Virus record (IMG/VR): IMGVR_UViG_2695420380_000017
Source: a virus
Lineage: Duplodnaviria > Heunggongvirae > Uroviricota > Caudoviricetes
DNA length: 10,186 nucleotides
Reading direction: 5' to 3' (one strand)
Part shown: positions 1 to 6,137 of the stretch, one piece after another
How positions within the stretch are numbered: the stretch's first letter is position 1
How the letters are laid out: each line of letters begins with the position of its first letter
Translations under genes and position numbers: made by a program
Notes under the pieces: model-generated
Seen by the model: the letters and a program-made list of their open reading frames with translations, nothing else
Database searches by the model: none
What the model was told of the DNA's origin: nothing

Positions 1-141
1 TTACTGCTTACACTGTAAGAACGCCGCAAACTCCGCTCCCCAGAAGCTCATCCGTATTTCACACAGCGAACCGTGCAACATCCAGATGATGAGGATTGCC
101 GTCACGCAGAACGTGATGGTCGTAAGCGATTTTTGCGACAT
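1..141 (-). CDS. hok: Hok/Gef-family type I toxin, small membrane peptide (46 aa: MSQKSLTTITFCVTAILIIWMLHGSLCEIRMSFWGAEFAAFLQCKQ)
   Basis: Hand translation of minus strand from ATG (complement of 139-141) to TAA (complement of 1-3); not in the ORF track because it is short. N-terminal hydrophobic helix followed by SLCEIR ... EFAAF, matching the Hok/Gef signature (R1 Hok: ...[25 protein letters not shown], from memory). AAGGAG RBS about 8 nt upstream of the ATG. Confidence 0.7.
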   Translation of the reverse strand: MSQKSLTTITFCVTAILIIWMLHGSLCEIRMSFWGAEFAAFLQCKQ

Positions 142-271
142 AGCACTTGCTCCTTTTCCGGAGAGGCGCTAACCTTTCACTTGTCAAGGTAATGCGGTTA
201 GGGCCTCGGTTAAACAGAGATGTTTTCCGGGGCCTTTCCACATCTGGCCTTCGGGTATTCCCTCCGACCAT
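59..271 (-). CDS. mok: mok-like overlapping reading frame (70 aa) that would couple translation to hok
   Basis: 70-aa ORF in a different frame that starts upstream of hok and overlaps most of it, the arrangement and size known for mok in hok/sok loci. The protein itself has no recognisable motif; the call rests on position only. Confidence 0.35.
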   Translation of the reverse strand: MVGGNTRRPDVERPRKTSLFNRGPNRITLTSERLAPLRKRSKCYVAKIAYDHHVLRDGNPHHLDVARFAV

Positions 272-331
272 CAGCCGAAAGGCACCCGCGCGTAATCTAT
301 CGCTTTTTTGTTACTCCGGCAATTCTGCCTG

Positions 332-592
332 TTAATTCTGAGGTAAAGGCAAGCTCATCTGATTGTTTCCCCTGTGTGAAGCTGGCAGATCATGCCACGG
401 GATATCTTCTGAAGAGTGAACGCCGGAGGCGTGTTTTGATGTGAATTTATGGAAAGCTTCCAGTGTTGAGAAGCATACGCCGCATTCCAGATTGTTACAC
501 TGGTAATACTTTTGCCGCACGGTGTTTGAATCATTTTCCGGACGACTGGTGCGGATACGGGCAGATGCGCCACAAAGCGGACAACGGAACAT
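332..592 (-). CDS. ogr: Ogr/Delta-family zinc-finger late transcription activator
   Basis: N-terminus MFRCPLCGASARIRTSR...YYQCNNLECGVCF matches P2 Ogr (MFHCPLC...RTSR...YHQCQNVNC...) with the four-Cys pattern. Strong RBS AAGGGAGG just upstream; lies downstream of gene D as in P2. Confidence 0.85.
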   Translation of the reverse strand: MFRCPLCGASARIRTSRPENDSNTVRQKYYQCNNLECGVCFSTLEAFHKFTSKHASGVHSSEDIPWHDLPASHRGNNQMSLPLPQN

Positions 593-603
593 AGCGACCT
601 CCC

Positions 604-2364
604 TTAACGTAGTGCAGGGGCTATTCTAAGTTGTTCTGGCTCATACTCCAACAGCCAGTCCGTTTCGAGCGAAAAGCGGTGATTTAACTCTTGAAGAAAT
701 AGGCTTTGATACGATTTATCCAAAGCCTGTAAAAGATTGGAATGTTTTTTNNNNNNNNNNNNNNNNNNNNNNNNNNNNNNNNNNNNNNNNNNNNNNNNNN
801 NNNNNNNNNNNNNNNNNNNNNNNNNNNNNNNNNNNNNNNNNNNNNNNNNNNNNNNNNNNNNNNNNNNNNNNNNNNNNNNNNNNNNNNNNNNNNNNNNNNN
901 NNNNNNNNNNNNNNNNNNNNNNNNNNNNNNNNNNNNNNNNNNNNNNNNNNNNNNNNNNNNNNNNNNNNNNNNNNNNNNNNNNNNNNNNNNNNNNNNNNNN
1001 NNNNNNNNNNNNNNNNNNNNNNNNNNNNNNNNNNNNNNNNNNNNNNNNNNNNNNNNNNNNNNNNTGGCTGTATATACGAACAACGGGAATATTTCTTCTT
1101 TGACTTGATGACGCCACTCTTCGCATTCCAGCGATACAACTTGAACTGGCTCATTTCTCTTTTCTTTATAATAAAAATCGTTTTTATCCCTTTCTGTTGG
1201 AGTAAGAGATAACAAAGGACCAATTTCTTTTGAAATTATACTGGATAGCGGTGTTTCCAAAGCTCCCCCAGCGTAAGGCATTCTTTCTGTTACGCCACAT
1301 ACACTACGCCATTTTCCTTTGGGGGCGGTAGGGGCTGAAGGTAGGTCAATCCTTTTGCTTTCAGTCAGCTCTTCCATTATCTCCCAATTAAATCCACACA
1401 GACGAAAATCTCCTTTTGCTGTAAATGTTACCACAGCACGTTCAGCGATAGTATAACCTGTGTTTTGTAATAAAAACGACAGCGGGTAATTTATTGCCTT
1501 CGGATTAATATGAGTATGACAGTTTTTCAGTATTTCTTCACACTGCTTTTTCCAAAGTGGATAATGTTTTTCTTTATAAAGAGAAATATCATCTGCTGAT
1601 ACAGGGAAATACTCCTGTTGACTAAATGACTTGATGATTTTTTCTAGTGATTGTGGGGTAGTTTGTTCATTGTCAAAGTTTGTAACCAATGGGAATGCAT
1701 CCGTTAGTTGACAAAGCAAATTATCAACTTCATATTCAGATAAAGCTGTATAATAAGGAAGTACAATATTTAATTGCTCGTCATCGGCTACTTTAATGCT
1801 GAAATCGGGCATAGACTGAGTGAATTGCTTCAGCTTAGCTTCCAGCAATTTAATTTGTTTATCCTTTTCATCTGGCTCAGCAGGAAGCAACCATGAAGAA
1901 GGCACTTTATAGCAGATTATATTATGTTTTATTGCTGAAAAACGTGGACCGCTATCATTGGTAATGATTGCCACCTCCGAATCTGGATCGTCAGCGCAAT
2001 ACCCTGCCGCAATACCAACAAAACGATCGTCGGCCTCCTGATAATCCAATTGTTCAGATAACTGTTCACATGGTTTCAGGCTTAGATCCATGGTAAGAAA
2101 AACTCGCGGCGAGCGTTCACGAATAACAAGAGTCATGTCAGTTGAATCAACTACTTGATTAAATAGGCTAGCAGCCTTCCTTGCTTTTTTGGATAGGCGG
2201 GAATTACCTTGCCCTTTCTGGCGGTCAATCTCTTGCTGAATGGGCCTTGTAATAATGATACATACTTCATCACAAGCAGTAATCTCGGAAAAATTTACCT
2301 GCGTCAAGTCCTTGCATTGTAGAAAAATGTTTGAGTCTGGGAATAAATACAGCTTTTTGTTCAT
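604..2364 (-). CDS. AT-rich cargo ORF, 586 codons, PIN-like predicted nuclease N-terminus and uncharacterised C-terminal ~430 aa (interrupted by N run 751-1064)
   Basis: Long ORF with GAGG RBS 5 nt before the ATG (complement of 2362-2364). Visibly AT-rich against the GC-rich flanking phage genes. N-terminal ~150 aa carries a PIN-like acidic pattern: LYLFPDSNIFL, QQEIDRQ, ADDPD, AIITNDSGPRF. Sits between D and ogr, which are adjacent in P2. Confidence 0.75.
   Translation of the reverse strand: MNKKLYLFPDSNIFLQCKDLTQVNFSEITACDEVCIIITRPIQQEIDRQKGQGNSRLSKKARKAASLFNQVVDSTDMTLVIRERSPRVFLTMDLSLKPCEQLSEQLDYQEADDRFVGIAAGYCADDPDSEVAIITNDSGPRFSAIKHNIICYKVPSSWLLPAEPDEKDKQIKLLEAKLKQFTQSMPDFSIKVADDEQLNIVLPYYTALSEYEVDNLLCQLTDAFPLVTNFDNEQTTPQSLEKIIKSFSQQEYFPVSADDISLYKEKHYPLWKKQCEEILKNCHTHINPKAINYPLSFLLQNTGYTIAERAVVTFTAKGDFRLCGFNWEIMEELTESKRIDLPSAPTAPKGKWRSVCGVTERMPYAGGALETPLSSIISKEIGPLLSLTPTERDKNDFYYKEKRNEPVQVVSLECEEWRHQVKEEIFPLFVYTAXXXXXXXXXXXXXXXXXXXXXXXXXXXXXXXXXXXXXXXXXXXXXXXXXXXXXXXXXXXXXXXXXXXXXXXXXXXXXXXXXXXXXXXXXXXXXXXXXXXXXXXXXKKHSNLLQALDKSYQSLFLQELNHRFSLETDWLLEYEPEQLRIAPALR
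751..1064. other. Run of 314 N inside the cargo ORF
   Basis: Directly visible; about 105 codons of the cargo protein are unreadable. Confidence 1.
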
Positions 2365-2399
2365 TCAAACCTCAACTATGTCAATGGTGTTAGATTAAT

Positions 2400-2427
2400 A
2401 TAATAATAGTTATCAATTGGTTATCAA
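2400..2427 (-). promoter_or_regulatory. Candidate sigma70 promoter for the cargo ORF (minus strand -35 TTGATA, 16-nt spacer, -10 TATTAT)
   Basis: Read on the minus strand: TTGATA (plus 2422-2427) and TATTAT (plus 2400-2405), in the AT-rich 225-bp gap between D and the cargo ORF. Sequence match only. Confidence 0.25.
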
Positions 2428-2589
2428 AGCATGATTCTTACCACCCCTGATGTCAGGTAGGAAAACACCATATGTTTCTGCTCTGTTTTTCCTTAGAAAT
2501 AGGCATCCTTGCTGGAACAAAGCGAGCAGCTATATTGACTCTATGTTGTGAGTGTGTTGATCCGTTCTGAGTTAATACATTTAAGTTGC

Positions 2590-3699
2590 TCACTCTGTTT
2601 CTGCTATCCATTCCGGGATTTTTGCCTCAAGCTCAAGCTGCGTGGTAAAGCCGCTGTTATCAATGGTGTGCTCGGCTTTTGCAATAATCCAGTCCTGATT
2701 ATCAATCTCGCTTTTAAATCCTGTTACCGTGCCATGCATTTCGGGGTAGAGTTCTGCACGTCCATGCGCCAGTGTGATGGAGAATGATGCGGCTCCGCGT
2801 TGTAGCTGCTGCCACTTTGCCGCCGCTGCACGTCTTGCTGCCTGCTCGTTCTGATAAGTTTTGCGTAACACAAACACGTTGCCTTCCGCACCTTCCATAT
2901 AGTCGCCTTCCCGGCTGCTGCTTTTCTCCTTTTTTGGTTTTGACGGTTTGCGGCGTTTCACGCTGACTTTTTTCTTTTTCCCGTAATTAAGATCAAGCCA
3001 GTAAGCGCGTACCCCCGTATACGCTTCGCGGTCAGCAATGCGGAACTGATGGCGATCGCCGCTGCTGCGTGTGATGGCGAACGAGGGCAACGGCTGGCCC
3101 TGTGCGTTCACGCCACCACCGGGCATGATGAATAACAGATTACCGCTTTTTACCGTGGTGATTGCGCCCAGCATTTCCGCCATGCGCGTAAGGAAGGACA
3201 TGTCGCTTTCTTCGGTCTGGTCGGCGTGGTCGATTTCGATATCCATCAGCATTTCGCTGATTTGCGGTTTCAGACCATACCGATGAGCGATGGCGGATAC
3301 CACACGCTCAACGGTCACATCATGCCAGGACACCTCACGTTTAACGTTAAATTCAGCCCGAAAATCTGCGCTTCTGGCTGAAACAGTCAGCCTGTCCGGC
3401 GGTCCTTCGTGAGCGATTTCATCAACAATGTAAGTGCCTTTTTCTGTCAGCGGTTCTCCCTTCCAGCCAATGAGAACCGTCAGGCGCGCGCCCCGTGGCG
3501 GTAGCTGCAACTGACCATCCGCATCATCCAGCGTGATGGTGAGCTGGTCCGCCTCAAATCCCCGGTTGTCGGTCAGTGACAGGCTCATCAGGCGCTCTGC
3601 CACGCCTGACAGCGTTTTACCCTCCGCGAGAATATCAAAATCCGGCATTTTCACGGGGTCTGTGCCCTGACTGAGCAATTGCATGGTGGTGTCGGTCAT
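2590..3699 (-). CDS. D: P2 gpD-family tail protein (late control gene D)
   Basis: Motifs SLSLTDNRGFEAD, GWKGEPL, ITRSSGDRHQFRIADREAYTGV, a lysine-rich linker, EFSITLA and GFK..ID.QDW...SGFTT.LELE match gpD as recalled. Start placed at the ATG (MTDTTMQ...) preceded by a GGGAGGGAG RBS rather than the upstream in-frame Met at 3831. Confidence 0.9.
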   Translation of the reverse strand: MTDTTMQLLSQGTDPVKMPDFDILAEGKTLSGVAERLMSLSLTDNRGFEADQLTITLDDADGQLQLPPRGARLTVLIGWKGEPLTEKGTYIVDEIAHEGPPDRLTVSARSADFRAEFNVKREVSWHDVTVERVVSAIAHRYGLKPQISEMLMDIEIDHADQTEESDMSFLTRMAEMLGAITTVKSGNLLFIMPGGGVNAQGQPLPSFAITRSSGDRHQFRIADREAYTGVRAYWLDLNYGKKKKVSVKRRKPSKPKKEKSSSREGDYMEGAEGNVFVLRKTYQNEQAARRAAAAKWQQLQRGAASFSITLAHGRAELYPEMHGTVTGFKSEIDNQDWIIAKAEHTIDNSGFTTQLELEAKIPEWIAETE

Positions 3700-3856
3700 C
3701 TGCTCCCTCCCTGTGTGGCATGGTCGCATGTGCGTGCGGAGGGGGTTACTGCTTTTTGTTGTCGCCGTGGCGGGAGAATGGCGCAGGGGTGAGATTACGC
3801 GCGTGGTGGGTGATGATTGTTGCCGAATCATTTAACGGATACAAGGGGTTGAAGCT

Positions 3857-5041
3857 ATGAGTGAAACTCGTTTTCATGGTGCCCGTGTTACGGAAAATAC
3901 CGACCTGGTAACAGCGATTAACGATGTTGATTCCAGCGTTATCGGTATCGTGGCAACGGCGGATGATGCGGACGCGGAGCTGTTCCCGCTGAACAAGCCC
4001 ACACTGCTGCCCCGCGTCAATGACGTGCTGGGAAAATGCGGAACAACGGGGACGCTTTATCGTGCGCTTAAGGCCATCGCAGACCAGGTGAGCACAAAGG
4101 TGATCGTCGTTCGCGTGGCTGAACACAAAGAAGAAGACGGAAAAACGCAGGATCAACTGGTTATCGGTGGTTCTGAATCTGACGGCAGCTATACGGGGAT
4201 GTATGCGCTGCTTGTTGCAGAGCAGGATGAAAGCATCGGATACCGTCCGCGTATTCTGGCCGCGCCGGAGCTGGACACGGAGGCGGTGACAAAATCCCTG
4301 TGCGTGATTGCGGGTAAACTGCGCGCGTTTGTGTATGCCTCATGTCATGACTGTAACACGATGGCTGAGGCAATTACCTACCGCCAGAAATTCAACGAAC
4401 GTGAGGTGATGCTCTTATGGCCGGACTTCATCGCCTACAACCCGAAAAGTGGCAAAAACGAAACGTTCCCCGCGCCTGCCTATGCGTGCGGCCTTCGTGC
4501 GTACATTGACCATGAGCAGGGCTGGCACAAATCGCTGTCCAACGTTCCGGTTAAAAATGTGCTGGGGATGTCCAGGCATGTGTTCTGGTCGTTGCAGGCC
4601 GAAGACAGTGATGCCAACAGCCTCAACAACAAAGAAATCACGACCATTATTCGTCGCAACGGGTTCCGCTTCTGGGGCAACCGCACACCGGAAACGAACG
4701 CCTACATCTTTGAGGTGTATACCCGAACCGCACAGGTGCTGGCTGATTCAATTGCGGAAGCGCAGTTTGAAACCATCGACAGTCCACTGACGCCTGCGAA
4801 CGTGAAGGATGTTATCGGTGCCATCAGGGCAAAACTGGATTCACTGGTTACTGCCGGGAAACTGATTGGGGCGTCGTGCTGGTATGACGTGGTGGATAAC
4901 GGCACCACGAATTTACGTCAGGGGCGCGTGCGTATTCGCTACAAATATACGCCTGTTCCCCCGCTGGAAGACATGGAGCTTTACCAGTCGTTTACTGATG
5001 AATTCTTTGGTCCCGCATTTGCGGTGCTGGGAGGTGCCTGA
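3857..5041 (+). CDS. FI: Contractile tail sheath protein (P2 gpFI family)
   Basis: 394 aa; motifs FPLNKP, AIADQ, KLRAF, WPDF, EQGWHK.LSNV, IRR.GFRFWGNRT, YTPVPPLE match P2 FI as recalled. Stop overlaps the FII start (ATGA). Confidence 0.93.
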   Translation: MSETRFHGARVTENTDLVTAINDVDSSVIGIVATADDADAELFPLNKPTLLPRVNDVLGKCGTTGTLYRALKAIADQVSTKVIVVRVAEHKEEDGKTQDQLVIGGSESDGSYTGMYALLVAEQDESIGYRPRILAAPELDTEAVTKSLCVIAGKLRAFVYASCHDCNTMAEAITYRQKFNEREVMLLWPDFIAYNPKSGKNETFPAPAYACGLRAYIDHEQGWHKSLSNVPVKNVLGMSRHVFWSLQAEDSDANSLNNKEITTIIRRNGFRFWGNRTPETNAYIFEVYTRTAQVLADSIAEAQFETIDSPLTPANVKDVIGAIRAKLDSLVTAGKLIGASCWYDVVDNGTTNLRQGRVRIRYKYTPVPPLEDMELYQSFTDEFFGPAFAVLGGA

Positions 5042-5553
5042 TGGCTGTACCAAAACATCTTCGCTTTTTTACGCTGTTTGTGGATGGTGAAAACGAAGTG
5101 GGTAAGGTGACGTCCGTCACTCTGCCTAAGCTGACGCGCAAAACCGACAGCTACCGGGGTGGTGGCATGATGGGAGCGGTAAGTATTGATCTCGGCCTGG
5201 ATGACTCCGCGCTTGATGCGAGCTTTGTCATGGGGGGCGCAGTTCGTGAGCTGTTCCTTAAGTATGGCGGCACGATTGACGGTACGCTGCTGCGTTTTGC
5301 GGGTGAATACTACACCGACGCTGAAAGCGACCTGTATGAAGTCGAAATGCGCGGACGTGTGACGGAAATTGATATGGGGGAAGCCAAACAGGGCGAAGCC
5401 ACATCACACACTTACGCCATTAAAAACACCTACTACAAGCTGAGTGTTAACGATCGCCCGTTGTGGGAGATTGACCTGCTGAACTTCATTTACCGGAAGG
5501 ACGGCAGGGACATTGTGCCCGATCGCATCCGTTCCGCGCTCGGGCTTGGCTGA
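5041..5553 (+). CDS. FII: Tail tube protein (P2 gpFII family)
   Basis: 170 aa; TLPKLTRK..YRGGGM...DLGLDD...RFAG.Y and EVEMRGR..EID.GE.KQGE resemble P2 FII as recalled. GGAGG RBS; translationally coupled to FI. Confidence 0.92.
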   Translation: MAVPKHLRFFTLFVDGENEVGKVTSVTLPKLTRKTDSYRGGGMMGAVSIDLGLDDSALDASFVMGGAVRELFLKYGGTIDGTLLRFAGEYYTDAESDLYEVEMRGRVTEIDMGEAKQGEATSHTYAIKNTYYKLSVNDRPLWEIDLLNFIYRKDGRDIVPDRIRSALGLG

Positions 5554-5607
5554 TAAGTAATATGCAGGCGGCGCAGTGCGTCGCCTCTGACTGAAAGGAG
5601 TTTCCTG

Positions 5608-5973
5608 ATGAAAGAGACGAAAAACATCGATACCGAAAACACGGTCGTTGCTGACACTGTGAAAGAAACCAGTGAGCGTGGCGTAAAACTTACCCAACCA
5701 ATTGAGCGAGGCGGCGAAAAAATCACGTATGTGGAGATCACCGGGGCTATTGAGCAGGCTGGATCTCTGCGAGATTTGTCGCTGTCTGATGTGCTGAATT
5801 TGAAAGCGGAATCCATGTTTACGCTGCTGTCACGCGTGACATCACCGCGACTGGATGAAGTGACGATCAAAAAAATGGCATCCCGTGACTTTATTCAGTT
5901 ATGTGTGGTTGCCGTAAATTTTTTGAGCGGTGCGGACTCTGGCGAGAAGAACGAACAGGCGACGGAAGCCTGA
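5608..5973 (+). CDS. E: Tail assembly chaperone E (zero-frame product)
   Basis: 121-aa acidic ORF with AAAGGAG RBS, positioned between the tube and tape-measure genes as in P2; contains the slippery heptamer near its 3' end. Confidence 0.85.
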   Translation: MKETKNIDTENTVVADTVKETSERGVKLTQPIERGGEKITYVEITGAIEQAGSLRDLSLSDVLNLKAESMFTLLSRVTSPRLDEVTIKKMASRDFIQLCVVAVNFLSGADSGEKNEQATEA

Positions 5974-6137
5974 TCACGGTTGTGTGCTTTGAGCACATAG
6001 AAGACTTTGTGGCGGATATTGCCGCCATTTTTAACTGGTCGCCCGCCGAAATCTTCATGATGACGCCCGGCGAAGTGGTTAGCTGGCGTGAGCGGGCGGC
6101 ACTTCGCAGCGGGAATGCAGACAATGAAGACTCTTGA
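5608..6137 (+). CDS. E': Tail assembly chaperone E+E' (programmed -1 ribosomal frameshift fusion)
   Basis: Zero-frame codons AAT TTT TTG (5917-5925) contain T_TTT_TTG. The -1 frame is open from there to TGA at 6135-6137 (track ORF 5901..6137), giving ...VAVNFL then ERCGLWREERTG... . Same mechanism and position as P2 E/E'. Confidence 0.7.
5919..5925 (+). promoter_or_regulatory. Slippery heptamer T_TTT_TTG for the -1 frameshift
   Basis: Six T then G, in frame as X_XXY_YYZ relative to E; the -1 frame continues open for about 70 codons. Confidence 0.7.

Noticed and set aside
147-444. Plus-strand ORFs 147-335 and 220-444 opposite hok/mok and ogr
   Set aside because: No RBS or recognisable protein features. 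This strand should instead carry the small untranslated Sok-type antisense RNA, which I could not delimit.
355-573. Alternative minus-strand ORF (72 aa) overlapping ogr in another frame
   Set aside because: The ogr frame has the conserved Cys4 zinc-finger sequence and a strong RBS; the alternative frame has neither.
684-1223. ORFs made largely of X (684-1223, 716-1126, 737-1108, 742-1212, 8012-8857, 8045-8755, 8560-8769)
   Set aside because: Artefacts of translating N runs; no information content.
2590-3831. Track ORF extends gene D to an upstream Met (MIRQQSSPTTRV..., 413 aa)
   Set aside because: The extension is low-complexity with no gpD similarity; the ATG at 3699 has a strong RBS and begins the recognisable gpD sequence, so the shorter 370-codon call is preferred.
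3829-3837. ATTTAAC present both just upstream of FI (3830-3836) and just after U (9563-9569), considered as a possible inversion breakpoint repeat
   Set aside because: Only 7 nt, in direct not inverted orientation, and AT-rich; consistent with chance.
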